Source: Oligoflexales bacterium (GTDB taxonomy: Bacteria > Bdellovibrionota_B > Oligoflexia > Oligoflexales > JAPPIL01). From it: a stretch of 64,000 nucleotides of DNA. The notes under the pieces were generated by a model. It worked only from the letters and a program-made list of their open reading frames with translations, was not told where the DNA came from and searched no databases. A program made the position numbers and the translations under genes. The stretch's first letter is position 1. Each line of letters begins with the position of its first letter. Shown here piece after piece: positions 18,717 to 29,000 of this stretch. The DNA is taken from positions 1,088,001 to 1,152,000 of the forward strand of contig OZ244057.1 in assembly GCA_965215515.1 (NCBI GenBank), given 5' to 3'.

Positions 18717-19760
18717 GTGGCTGTTTTAAATCCTATTTTCAAAAAACGGTGGGAAAATTTTAAAAAGATAAGGCGAGGCTACTATTCACTCATAATTTTG
18801 GTCGTAACTTATTTAATTTCGCTGGGAGCAGAGTTGTGGGTTAACAACAAGCCGCTCGTAGTTTATTACAACGGGACGTATTACTATCCCGTATTTTTTT
18901 TCTACTCGGGCAAAACTTTTGGGGAGGACTACATCGCGGAAGCACAGTATAAAGAAATCCGTGAGCAGCCCGCCTTTCGGGATAAGGCCGCTAACGTCAT
19001 GCTGTTTCCTTTTATTCCTTACGGCTACAACGAATCGGATGACAACCTCGGAGCACCACCGCCGACAGTTCCCGACAGCAAACACTGGCTAGGCACAGAC
19101 GATCGCGGCCGTGATCTGTTGACGCGCTTGATCTATGGATATCGGGTGTCGCTGAGCTTTGCCTTGATAATTTTAGTGCTGAGCACCATCATCGGGGTAG
19201 CTATCGGCGCGGTGCAAGGCTATGTAGGGGGAGCGCTGGATCTCATCTGCCAGCGTGTTATCGAGGTAATTTCGGCCTTACCGTTCTTGTATCTGCTGAT
19301 CTTGCTGGCTTCGATTTTCGATCCTTCGATCACGTTGCTGGTCGTTGTTTTCTGCGCCTTCCGTTGGATTGGATTGTCGTACTTCATGCGGGCGGAGTTT
19401 TTGCGGGGGCGCAAAATAGAATACGTCGAGGCAGCGCGCTCGATCGGTGTTTCACGCACAGGAATTATGGCACGGCACATCCTGCCGAATACGATTACGC
19501 CGATCATTACCCTAGCACCGTTCTCTGTCGCCGCGTCGATCGGTTTGCTATCTTCCCTCGATTTTCTCGGTTTCGGTGTCCCCGCCCCGACCGCAAGCTG
19601 GGGTGAAATACTATCGCAGGCCCATGCCAACCTCACCTCCTACCACCTGTCGGTGTTTCCGCTGCTCTGTCTGTTCGGAACACTGTTATTGGTCAGCTTT
19701 GTCGGCGAAGCGGTGCGTGAAGCTTTCGATCCGAAAGCCTACTTCCGCTATCAGGGGTAG
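18717..19760 (+). CDS. yejE: Peptide ABC transporter permease (YejE/OppC-like)
   Basis: HWLGTDDRGRD, EYVEAARSIG, GEAVREAFDP. Confidence 0.85.
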   Translation: MAVLNPIFKKRWENFKKIRRGYYSLIILVVTYLISLGAELWVNNKPLVVYYNGTYYYPVFFFYSGKTFGEDYIAEAQYKEIREQPAFRDKAANVMLFPFIPYGYNESDDNLGAPPPTVPDSKHWLGTDDRGRDLLTRLIYGYRVSLSFALIILVLSTIIGVAIGAVQGYVGGALDLICQRVIEVISALPFLYLLILLASIFDPSITLLVVVFCAFRWIGLSYFMRAEFLRGRKIEYVEAARSIGVSRTGIMARHILPNTITPIITLAPFSVAASIGLLSSLDFLGFGVPAPTASWGEILSQAHANLTSYHLSVFPLLCLFGTLLLVSFVGEAVREAFDPKAYFRYQG

Positions 19761-19797
19761 AACTTAGCCTGTGATGAAAATAGGGTGTGTGATGGTT

Positions 19798-21372
19798 CTA
19801 GTTTTTTTTCTTCAGCAGCGAAGGGTGAAAGTCAGCGCAGGGGGGTAAGTTCAGTGCGGTGAGCACCGAGGCGGCGACGTTGGCCAGCGTGGGATTAGAT
19901 AGCTCGCCCAGGCGGTAGTCTCGTGCATGCGGAGTGTAGAAGTAAAACGGCACGGCACTTAGCGTGTGGGAAGTTTTGGGCACTTGCTCGCCTTGTGTGT
20001 TTTGCTCATACATCTCGTCGCAGTTACCGTGATCAGCGGTGACGATGAGGTTAGTGTTATGTTGTTGACAGGCCTTGATAAGACGACCGAGCATCAGGTC
20101 GATGACATCGACCGCGACCACCGCCGCATTAAAATCACCGCTATGTCCGACCATATCCCCGTTGGCAAAATTTATCCGAGCAAAATCAAAACTATCCGTT
20201 TCCATCTCGGCAATAGTTGCCGTCGTGATTTCCAGTGCCTTCATCCAGGGGTGGCGATCAAAGTTTAAGTTTTTGTGGGAGGGAATACGCAGATACTTTT
20301 CTAACTGAGGGTCGAGATAGCCAGAGCGGTTGCCGTTCCAGAAGAAGGTAACATGTCCATATTTTTGGCTTTCGCTGCAAGCAAACTGCCGCACCTGGTG
20401 TGGCAGCAGGTAGCTGGTCAAGGTCTTGTCGATACGGGGTGGTGTTACCAGATAATGTTGTGGAATGCGGCGGTCGCCATCATATTCCATCATGCCTGCA
20501 AAAAAAACGTCGGGATATTTTGGGCGCGTAAATTTAGTAAATTTCTCGGACGTGAAAGCCTGTGCTACCTGCGTGGCACGATCGCCGCGAAAATTAAAAA
20601 AAATAACGCTGTCGCCGTCGGTAATCTTGTTGTGTGTGCCTTTGATTCGAAACGGCGGCAGGAATTGATCGTCGGTGTCTTGCTCCGCCCGTAGGGTAGC
20701 GAGACCTTCCGTCGCGGAGGCGAAAACACGCCCTTTACCAAGTACGTGCAGTTCCCAGCCGCGCTTGACGATTTCCCAATTCGCTTCGTAACGATCCATG
20801 GTAATCTGCATCCGCCCGCCACAGGAAGCTAGTTGCGCGTCGAAGTCGCCCAGTTGTTGTAGATGTTGTTGTAGACGGCTGACGTAGAGTTCTGCCGACT
20901 TGGCGGGCACGTCACGTCCGTCGAGAATAGCGTGCACACGGGCACGGGGCACGCCGTCCTGTTTTGCTTGGGTCAATAAGGCGTGCAGGTGGCGTTGATG
21001 GGCATGGACGTTGCCATCGGAGAGCAAGCCGATGAAGTGCAACGTGCCGCGGTGGGTGATGACATTCTTCACCGCCGACCGCCAGCTACGTCCCTTGTAC
21101 AGCGTCCCGTGTGCAATTGCGTTATCGACAAGCTTCGCCCCCTGATCGAACGTTCGCCCTGCCCCCAGCGTTGTGTGTCCCACCTCACTGTTGCCGAGAT
21201 CGTCCGCGGCGGGCAGGCCGATCCATGTGCCGTGTGCTTTCAGGGTCGTGAACAAGCCGTGTTGCCGCAAATAAGTAAGCGAAGGCGTGTGGGCCGCGTG
21301 CACTGCGTTGCCGTGCGTCTGCTCTCGGTGTCCCACACCGTCGAGAATTACCAGGAGAAGTTTCTCCGCCAT
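19798..21372 (-). CDS. gpmI: 2,3-bisphosphoglycerate-independent phosphoglycerate mutase
   Basis: LVILDG, GNSEVGH, SDGNVH, MDRY, NFRGDR, NGDMVGH, TADHGN. Confidence 0.97.
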   Translation of the reverse strand: MAEKLLLVILDGVGHREQTHGNAVHAAHTPSLTYLRQHGLFTTLKAHGTWIGLPAADDLGNSEVGHTTLGAGRTFDQGAKLVDNAIAHGTLYKGRSWRSAVKNVITHRGTLHFIGLLSDGNVHAHQRHLHALLTQAKQDGVPRARVHAILDGRDVPAKSAELYVSRLQQHLQQLGDFDAQLASCGGRMQITMDRYEANWEIVKRGWELHVLGKGRVFASATEGLATLRAEQDTDDQFLPPFRIKGTHNKITDGDSVIFFNFRGDRATQVAQAFTSEKFTKFTRPKYPDVFFAGMMEYDGDRRIPQHYLVTPPRIDKTLTSYLLPHQVRQFACSESQKYGHVTFFWNGNRSGYLDPQLEKYLRIPSHKNLNFDRHPWMKALEITTATIAEMETDSFDFARINFANGDMVGHSGDFNAAVVAVDVIDLMLGRLIKACQQHNTNLIVTADHGNCDEMYEQNTQGEQVPKTSHTLSAVPFYFYTPHARDYRLGELSNPTLANVAASVLTALNLPPCADFHPSLLKKKN

Positions 21373-21468
21373 CGCCTCACCCCCCGCCTGACTTTGTAAC
21401 ACGAAAGTATACGGAGCGCATCAGCAGATCCAGATGCTAGTGTAGATGCCCCCGTAAAAATGAGAAAT

Positions 21469-22437
21469 TTACTTGCGGAGCTCAGGAGGAGCGAGGCCGT
21501 GTTTCTGCAACCATTCCGTGTCGAGAAACTTGCTCAGGTAATTGCGCACCCCGTCAGGCAAAATAATGACACAGTTTTGTCCCGCCTGCAGACGTTTGGC
21601 CTGACGCAAGGCCGCGGCCAGCGCTGAGCCACTTGAGCCGCCGACAAGCAAACCCTCGTCACGAATGAGCTGCGCCGCGAGAGTGAAAGCTTCCGCATCG
21701 GTAGTTTTTTCCCAGGCATCTATGTGCTGCTGCGAAAGCACCTGCGGGATGAAATCGTAACCGATACCCTCGACATGGTAGGGACAGACTTCTTCCCCTC
21801 CACCGAGAATCGAGCCGACAGGATCAACGCCCACGATAAACACATGCGGACAAGCCTCTTTCATGCACCGCGCGATGCCGCTGAGCGTACCTCCCGTACC
21901 CGCCCCCATTACCACCATATCAACCTTGCCATCGAGATCGGCAAGAATCTCCTGTGCGGTATACTCATAATGAGTGCGCGGGTTACTGGGGTTGCTGTAC
22001 TGATCGAGAATGTGCGCATCAGAACGTGCAGCTTCCAGCCTTTTAGCCACACCGATATGACTGTCAGGTGAAGCGGAAGGCTCTTCGGTAGGCGTGCGAA
22101 TAATCTCTGCACCGAGAGCCGCAAGAATAACCTGCTTCTCTCTACTCATTTTTTCAGGCATGGTGATAATAACCCGATAGCCACGCACCGCACCTACTAA
22201 GGCAAGACCAATACCCATGTTGCCACTGCTTGCCTCAATCAACGTATCGCCTGGCTTAATGCGCCCCTCCCGCTCGGCGGTAAGTACCATCTGCAAGGCA
22301 ATACGATCCTTTACCGAACCACCTGGATTCATAAATTCACACTTACCCAGTAACCGACAGGGTAAATCCTTACCCACGCGGCGTAGCTCCACCAAAGGGG
22401 TTTTGCCTATCGCAGCGAGAATAGAATCACACAACAT
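21469..22437 (-). CDS. cbs: Cystathionine beta-synthase / cysteine synthase family PLP enzyme (catalytic core only)
   Basis: KCEFMNPGGSVKDR, SSGNMG, GTGGT, ILDQYSNPSN, VEGIGYDF. Confidence 0.85.
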   Translation of the reverse strand: MLCDSILAAIGKTPLVELRRVGKDLPCRLLGKCEFMNPGGSVKDRIALQMVLTAEREGRIKPGDTLIEASSGNMGIGLALVGAVRGYRVIITMPEKMSREKQVILAALGAEIIRTPTEEPSASPDSHIGVAKRLEAARSDAHILDQYSNPSNPRTHYEYTAQEILADLDGKVDMVVMGAGTGGTLSGIARCMKEACPHVFIVGVDPVGSILGGGEEVCPYHVEGIGYDFIPQVLSQQHIDAWEKTTDAEAFTLAAQLIRDEGLLVGGSSGSALAAALRQAKRLQAGQNCVIILPDGVRNYLSKFLDTEWLQKHGLAPPELRK

Positions 22438-22646
22438 ATTATTTCTTTCTGTAGTTACGCAGGCAAAGCCCCTGGTCACTCATCGCTTCCAAACCGCTTT
22501 GCTGCTGGTTGACGCTAGCCTTTGTATCTGTAAAAATAAGGGTAAGACCCCTTTTTCTACACGTTGTCACTATACCAAACTGTTATCGAATTTGAAACAC
22601 CCAGCGATGGGGTAGTAACGTAACGCAGAAACACTTGAGGTGCTAG

Positions 22647-23741
22647 GTGTTTGATATACTAGGCAAGTCAATCGTCGCTATTGATATTGGCTCATCTTCA
22701 GTAAAAATTGTTGAAGTAGGTGGCTTCCGCAAAACGGCAGTAAAAGGCTTCGGCTTAGAGGTTTTACCAGCCCACACTGTAGAAGACGGGACGATCCTTG
22801 ATGGGAGAACTCTTGAGACAACGATCAGAAATTTAATCAATAAACTTAAGATAACAACCTTCGGCAACAATGCAGGTATATCGGTCGGCGGCAGAACAGC
22901 CATTATTAAAGCAGTTAATCTGTCTAAACCACAAACCGACCCCGATTTTTATGAGTACCTCTACCACGAAGCTGAACAGCACTTGCAATACGATGTTTCC
23001 GAACTATACATTGACTGGGTAATACTACCTAACATCCGCGGCAATAAAGGCAGCTCTGTGTTGCTGGTAGGGGCGAAACGTGATGTTGTCGAAGAACACA
23101 GAAGCATAGTGCATAAAGTCGGTCTCAAAGTTTCTATCATAGACTGTGACGTACTAGCAGCTATCAATATTGTCGCTAGAAATGTTACAGAGCCAATGCG
23201 AGACCTTGTCGTAATTGTTGACGTTGGCTACTTATCGACACAAGTATCCTTACTTATCGATGGGAGCTTTGTTTTTACCAGAGAAGTTTCAGTCGGTGGG
23301 AACAGTTACTCAGTCAAAATGGCAGAACTGTTGGGACTTGATCTAGATGGTGCCGAAGCATTGAAAATTACTGTGAGTAGCGGTGATCGTGCCGCCCCTG
23401 AAGAGTGCGAAAATATTATCAATGAAATAAACGCTAGCTTCGTGTCTGAAATCAACGAAACTATCAGTTATTATTTTAGAAGCGGAGAAACAAATTTGGA
23501 TATAATGAAACCAGCAAAAGTCTGTCTCTTAGGGGGCGGCTCAAGGACTGCCGGTCTTGATGTCGCGCTGAAAGATGCTTTGCAGACATCTGTCGAACAT
23601 ATCGATCCTTTTCGAGGAGTCAGAGTCAACCGCGATGTCTCTGCTCCGCAGTTTATAGCAAAGCAAGGACATTTATTTGGCGTAGCTATGGGGCTTGCTG
23701 CGCGTAAACTTGACGATAAAGCCGCAAAGAAAGCCGCCTAA
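22647..23741 (+). CDS. pilM: Type IV pilus assembly protein PilM
   Basis: AIDIGSSSVK actin-like motif, VDVG, LLGGGS; first gene of the pilMNOPQ cluster. Confidence 0.93.
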   Translation: MFDILGKSIVAIDIGSSSVKIVEVGGFRKTAVKGFGLEVLPAHTVEDGTILDGRTLETTIRNLINKLKITTFGNNAGISVGGRTAIIKAVNLSKPQTDPDFYEYLYHEAEQHLQYDVSELYIDWVILPNIRGNKGSSVLLVGAKRDVVEEHRSIVHKVGLKVSIIDCDVLAAINIVARNVTEPMRDLVVIVDVGYLSTQVSLLIDGSFVFTREVSVGGNSYSVKMAELLGLDLDGAEALKITVSSGDRAAPEECENIINEINASFVSEINETISYYFRSGETNLDIMKPAKVCLLGGGSRTAGLDVALKDALQTSVEHIDPFRGVRVNRDVSAPQFIAKQGHLFGVAMGLAARKLDDKAAKKAA

Positions 23742-23831
23742 GGCTATAAAAAATTGTTTAGGGTTCTTTATTTATTACAGTAGGTAACTATGTTGTTTTC
23801 ATTAAAACAGAACCTAAACACACCCTAGCTT

Positions 23832-24506
23832 ATGCTACGTGTTAACCTTGGCAGCAGTGGTGAAAGTGATGAGAAACACGTAAGTTACTGGTATCTCTTT
23901 GATTTAATTGTGTTAATCGTAGTAGTCCTAGCAGGATATTTGGGCATTCAACAGTATATGGTTATTGCTAAAGCTGGCATTGGGGTGATCGAAAGTGAGA
24001 CACGTAGTATTCGTGACAGTATTGCTAAGTTGCAACAGTCGATAGGCAGGTACGACACCATTGAATCAGACATAAAACAATTGAATAATAAGTTACAGGC
24101 AATAAAAGCAATCACAGTATCTGCTTTTGAAAAATACAAACTTATTATCGTTCTTGAACACTTGCAGATTCTGCAACCAAGTGGCGTGTGGTATAACTCA
24201 CTACAAGTTAAGGAAAACAATGTAAGCATAAAGGGGGCGGCGTTCAATAATATCTTAGTAGCAGAATTTCTGACCGCCTTGGAATCAACCAAAACACAAG
24301 AGGTTGATCCTGTTGATTTACGCACCTTCATTTACTTCGAATCCTCACGCTTACTTGGCACTACAGCTGCGCAAGTTTCGTTGGGCGGTGAAGGAGGGAA
24401 CATGAGTTCAGTTAATTTTGGTGTTGAAGTTGGATTTCAATCACAATCTTACGAGCAAGTTAAAGATGAAAATAGCAAAGAGCTGGCGGTAAGAGATGTT
24501 CGATGA
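23832..24506 (+). CDS. pilN: Type IV pilus assembly protein PilN
   Basis: N-terminal RVNL motif, TM helix, coiled coil, PSGVWY; position in the cluster. Confidence 0.85.
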   Translation: MLRVNLGSSGESDEKHVSYWYLFDLIVLIVVVLAGYLGIQQYMVIAKAGIGVIESETRSIRDSIAKLQQSIGRYDTIESDIKQLNNKLQAIKAITVSAFEKYKLIIVLEHLQILQPSGVWYNSLQVKENNVSIKGAAFNNILVAEFLTALESTKTQEVDPVDLRTFIYFESSRLLGTTAAQVSLGGEGGNMSSVNFGVEVGFQSQSYEQVKDENSKELAVRDVR

Positions 24507-25080
24507 GGCTAAAGAAAATTACAAAGAGATGAACTATAAGAAAAGGGCAGTTATTATGATAGTAGTTGGCCTCCTCCCTGCCGCGTACATGTACTACGAT
24601 GAGGGCAGCACTTTGCAAAAAAAATTGGAGGAGGCTCAACAAGCCAAAGTAGCTGAACAAAAAAAATATCAGGTCGCAAAAAATAAGAAGGAAAACCTCC
24701 CTTTGCTGGAAGAAAAATTTAATAAAGTCACCGAGCAATTGCGTGAAGCGCAGGAAACACTACCCAATAAAATTTACATGGAAGATATTTTGCACACTAC
24801 GGCAAGCATTGCAAAAGAAACTGGGATAAGGTTTAAATCGTTCAAGCCAGGGTCAGAGACCGTGGTAAAAGGGGTATACCAGTACGCAGAAGTTCCTATT
24901 GCTCTCGATTTTACTGCTAAATACAGCCAGGTCATGACTTTCTTTGACAACATAGCTAACATGGAGAAAATAACGCACTTACGCAACATCACCTTGGGTG
25001 CGCAGCGGAAAAAAGGTGGGACAATTGGTGGTGTGTTAGTTGATACAAAGGCTGAACTGGTGGTGTTCAGGTCGCTATAA
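24496..25080 (+). CDS. pilO: Type IV pilus assembly protein PilO
   Basis: TM helix, coiled coil, LPNK, YAEVPI, FFDNIANMEKI; position in the cluster. Confidence 0.88.
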   Translation: MFDEAKENYKEMNYKKRAVIMIVVGLLPAAYMYYDEGSTLQKKLEEAQQAKVAEQKKYQVAKNKKENLPLLEEKFNKVTEQLREAQETLPNKIYMEDILHTTASIAKETGIRFKSFKPGSETVVKGVYQYAEVPIALDFTAKYSQVMTFFDNIANMEKITHLRNITLGAQRKKGGTIGGVLVDTKAELVVFRSL

Positions 25081-25096
25081 ATGGAGTAGATTAGGG

Positions 25097-26002
25097 ATGC
25101 AGCTTGGATTGCCGATAAAAAAATACTGCTTTGTTGTGATAGGGTGCGCCATATTTTGTCCTTCATCTTCGTCTGCATCACCAGATTTCAGTCCGCAGTT
25201 TAGGTGGAATCAGGAGGGCATTACCGTCGCTGATAACCATGAGCAGACAAACACGCAAAACAACCAGGCTGTAGAGCAATCATCACCCCAAGAAAATAAA
25301 AATGCTGGTGCCGACAAAAGTGCTAGCACAGACAAAGATGCTAGTAGCGACAAGACAATTGAAATTTTGGAATCTAGCATCCAAATTGATGATATTATCG
25401 AGCCGTCTGCAAGTTATCGCTATTCATCTTTTAATAAACGAGATCCCTTCGCTTATCCAGATCGTGAAGAAATATTCGACGATGAGTTTGCCATAAGTAA
25501 ACTTCAACACCACGATGTATCATCTCTGAAATTGGTCGGCGTATGGCGCTTGTCAACGGGGATATCCAAAGCGCTCATTCTCACACCTGCCGGGGAAGGA
25601 GTGGTTGCGGTAATCGGTGATCCTATAGGCCAAAACAATGGTGAGGTTATGGAAATAGGCCGCAATAAAATAATCATCAGAGAATTCCTTATGACTACTG
25701 ACGGAACACGACAATTTAACGATATGGACATGTTTTTAGAAGATTATTTTGAGCCTTCCAGTGTTGGTGGTTTAGAAGTAATATCAGGTTCTGATAGTGA
25801 CACGCCTCTGGAAGAGGAGCTTAACAGATTGCTACGAGAGGAAGCCCCTTCCGCTGCCCAGCCAGCTCAGGCACCCGTGTCGGTGTCAGACGCACCCGCG
25901 ACCACGCTTAACACACCAGCCCCCGCTGCTACCGAGGTGCCAGCAAGCACTGACGCGCCCGTAAGTCCAGATGCACCTTCTCAATCACAGGGGGCACCGT
26001 GA
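25097..26002 (+). CDS. pilP: Type IV pilus assembly protein PilP with low-complexity extensions
   Basis: KRDPF, LKLVGV, GDPIGQNNG motifs; Pro/Ala-rich tail. Start uncertain. Confidence 0.85.
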   Translation: MQLGLPIKKYCFVVIGCAIFCPSSSSASPDFSPQFRWNQEGITVADNHEQTNTQNNQAVEQSSPQENKNAGADKSASTDKDASSDKTIEILESSIQIDDIIEPSASYRYSSFNKRDPFAYPDREEIFDDEFAISKLQHHDVSSLKLVGVWRLSTGISKALILTPAGEGVVAVIGDPIGQNNGEVMEIGRNKIIIREFLMTTDGTRQFNDMDMFLEDYFEPSSVGGLEVISGSDSDTPLEEELNRLLREEAPSAAQPAQAPVSVSDAPATTLNTPAPAATEVPASTDAPVSPDAPSQSQGAP

Positions 26003-29000
26003 AAAGTAAATTAACTTTTATTCTCGCGATCACTCTATTGCCATCATGCTCTGCCGCCCAAACAGAAGAAGATGCCGCATTGCAAAGCACAGTTGATGCC
26101 GCGATAATCAACGCACAAGATATCGACAGTGATGAGCAGGATGTTGACCAGCTTGTACAACAACAAGATTTTGATGAACAACAAGAAGAGAACAACATTG
26201 TAATAGAAAACAACCAAGACATAAGCGATGAGCAAGGCGCTATCGATGAGTTTGATGAAATAGTTGGACAACAGAATAACGATAATTTCAACCTCGAAGA
26301 AAACGAGTTCAATCAACAGGGTATTGCTCAGCAAGAAGATATTTTTGGACAACAGTTCCAGCAAAGTAACGAGCAAATGCTGCTTAACGAAGATATGCCC
26401 GAGGCACCAGCTGATGAACAGGCACTGGTTGAAGTTGACACGGAAGGGAGTGACACAGCTGTTGAAGTTGACACGGAAGGGAGTGACACAACAGCAAGCA
26501 CAGGAGTTGTGCATTGGATAGGTTACGTTTACAAAGCAGAAGAGACCTTAGTGAATATCGAAATTGTTACCAAGAACAATCCCAAGTTTGATATTTACCA
26601 GGAAATAAATCGTGCCAAGCAGAAAGAAATAGTTGTGCGTTACTATAACACAAGACTGCGAAAAAAAATGCAACGAGATATCGATGCCAGTGAGTTCAGA
26701 TCGCCTGTTGCCTATATCCGTACCCGTCAAGGCAAAGAAGAAGGAGTTGTCGAGGTAGTGCTAACGATAAGAGATGAGGTTGAAACTAAATACCTTGCAA
26801 AAGAAAACAGCTTGTTGCTTTCTTTTCCTATTCCTAAACGCTATTTTGGCAACGATGAGGTAGCTGTCGAGCCATCCGAACAGGCAATTGATCTGTCAAG
26901 TCCATTGATCATCGTGCAAATGGAGGACAGCAAGCCTCCTCGTCTCGGTAAAGTACTCGGCTATGTATTCAATCGAGAAGTTTTTAAGGAAGTCGATGTT
27001 GATAGCATGCAAACATTGCCTGCGGAGCCAATTTCTTTTGGCAATACTGTTGAGAACGCAGCAATAGAAGAGGACAGCAACAATACTACTCTAACCGCTG
27101 AGAACAGCATAAATAACACTAACGACGATAATTATGAGCAGCAAAATCAACAAGAAGATTTTCAAGAAAACTTCCAGGAAAACTTCCAAGAGAACGATAA
27201 TTATGAGCAGCAAAATCAACAAGAAAACTTCCAAGAAAACTTCCAAGAGAACCAACAGGAAAACTTCCAAGAGAACGATAATGAGGAAAGTGCAGCCTTC
27301 CATGAGGCAATTTTTCTGCATGTCGGTCAAGATGCAGCCGATGATTTCAGCACCCCTAACAGTTTATCAAACGACACCACTGATGCTGAGGGTCTTCCTG
27401 TAGAAACTAATAACGCCACACCACCTGATGCCGCGGTGAATGCCTTACCAGAAACAGGGCAGGTGACTGGTAACACCCAAGAGATGGGGCAAATAAATGC
27501 CAATAATATTAACAACAGTGTAGCTTCAGAAGAGGCTTTACTCGATGAAGACAGTTTGCTTGCACCTCTGCATGGGGTTGAAACGGTTGGGAAAGAAAGT
27601 GCTGAAGAAGATATCGCTGTTTCAGAGGCAAAGGCAGTGCGTATGGTATTTCGTGATGCACCATTGTCAGAGGTATTGCACGCCATAAGAGTTGAAACAG
27701 GCACTAATTTTATTTTTACCCCTAACATCGGCTCACGCAGAATTTTTCTCAATCTTTCTAATGTTCCTTGGGATGAAGCATTGCGAGCCCTGTTGGAAGT
27801 TAATAATCTGGGAATGGTTAAGATCGGTGATAATCTCGTGCGTATCGATACCTTATCCGCAATCGAAGCTTATAAAAAACAGGTGCAGAGTTTGCAAATT
27901 CAAGAGGGACGACTGCAGGCAACTAAGATAATGATTATTAAGCTTTCACATGCCAAAGCAGGAGAAATGCAAGGGATGATAAAAAACTTATTGGCTAAGG
28001 TGATCAGTGAAGATGAGCGCATAAGAGTTGAAGTTGATGGACGCACAAATTCACTGTTGATTGAAGCTCTGCCGCAGGATTTAGCCAAAATTCGTGTCTT
28101 AATCGATCGCCTCGATTATCGTGCCCCGCAGGTAAAAATCGCGTCACGTATTGTTGAAATTCTCGATAACACTGCCACAGGCTTTGGTATCAGCTGGTCA
28201 GGGCCGATCAATTATGATCAATCACGTGGGCTTGGTTTTGGCAGTTTGATCTTTCCCAATTTTGCCACGGCGAGCTTTGCCATCGACGGTGGTGGCGGAG
28301 GGTTAACAGGCGGTGATAATCATGGGGCTAGTTTTGGAGTGCATTTTGGCAGCCTTAACGATTCGGTGGCTTTGGATTTACGTTTGAACATGAGTGAAAT
28401 TCAAGGCAGAACAGAGACGTTACAAACTAACAACGTGATCGTGCAGGATGGTGGAACGGCAAGCATCTCAACAGGCACTAGCGATCATTTTATTTTGCAA
28501 GGAGGCGGTGATCAGGGTGGTTCCGTGCAGACAGTAAGCTATAATGTTAGTTTGAGTGTCTCACCCACTATTACTGCTGACAATTCGGTTGAAATGACTA
28601 TCAACATCAGTAGCAATACACCCACAACATCGGGTGCTGGACAAACATCTAGTTCTAATAGGTCAATCAACACTTCGCTGCTGCGGCAGAGTGGCGAAAC
28701 TCTTGCCATCGGTGGTCTCTATACAATGAATAAAACGAAGGGGCATGGTGGAGTTCCCCTTCTTTCTGCCATTCCTATCCTCGGTGCACTGTTCAGATCC
28801 TACAGCAAAGCTGAATCGCGGCGTGAGCTGCTCTTCCTTGTTACTCCGACTATTCTGCATTCTGGCAAGGCAGGTGATGATGACGATGATTTTGGCGAGC
28901 AGGGCAACACTAATTTTGGCAACAATATGCAGGCAAACAATCAATTCCAAGAAAGTAATCAGTTTCAAGAAGGTAACCAATTACAAGAAGAGCAAAATTT

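Noticed and set aside
27124..27281. Possible CRISPR array
   Set aside because: In-frame coding repeats inside pilQ, with no unique spacers and no cas genes.
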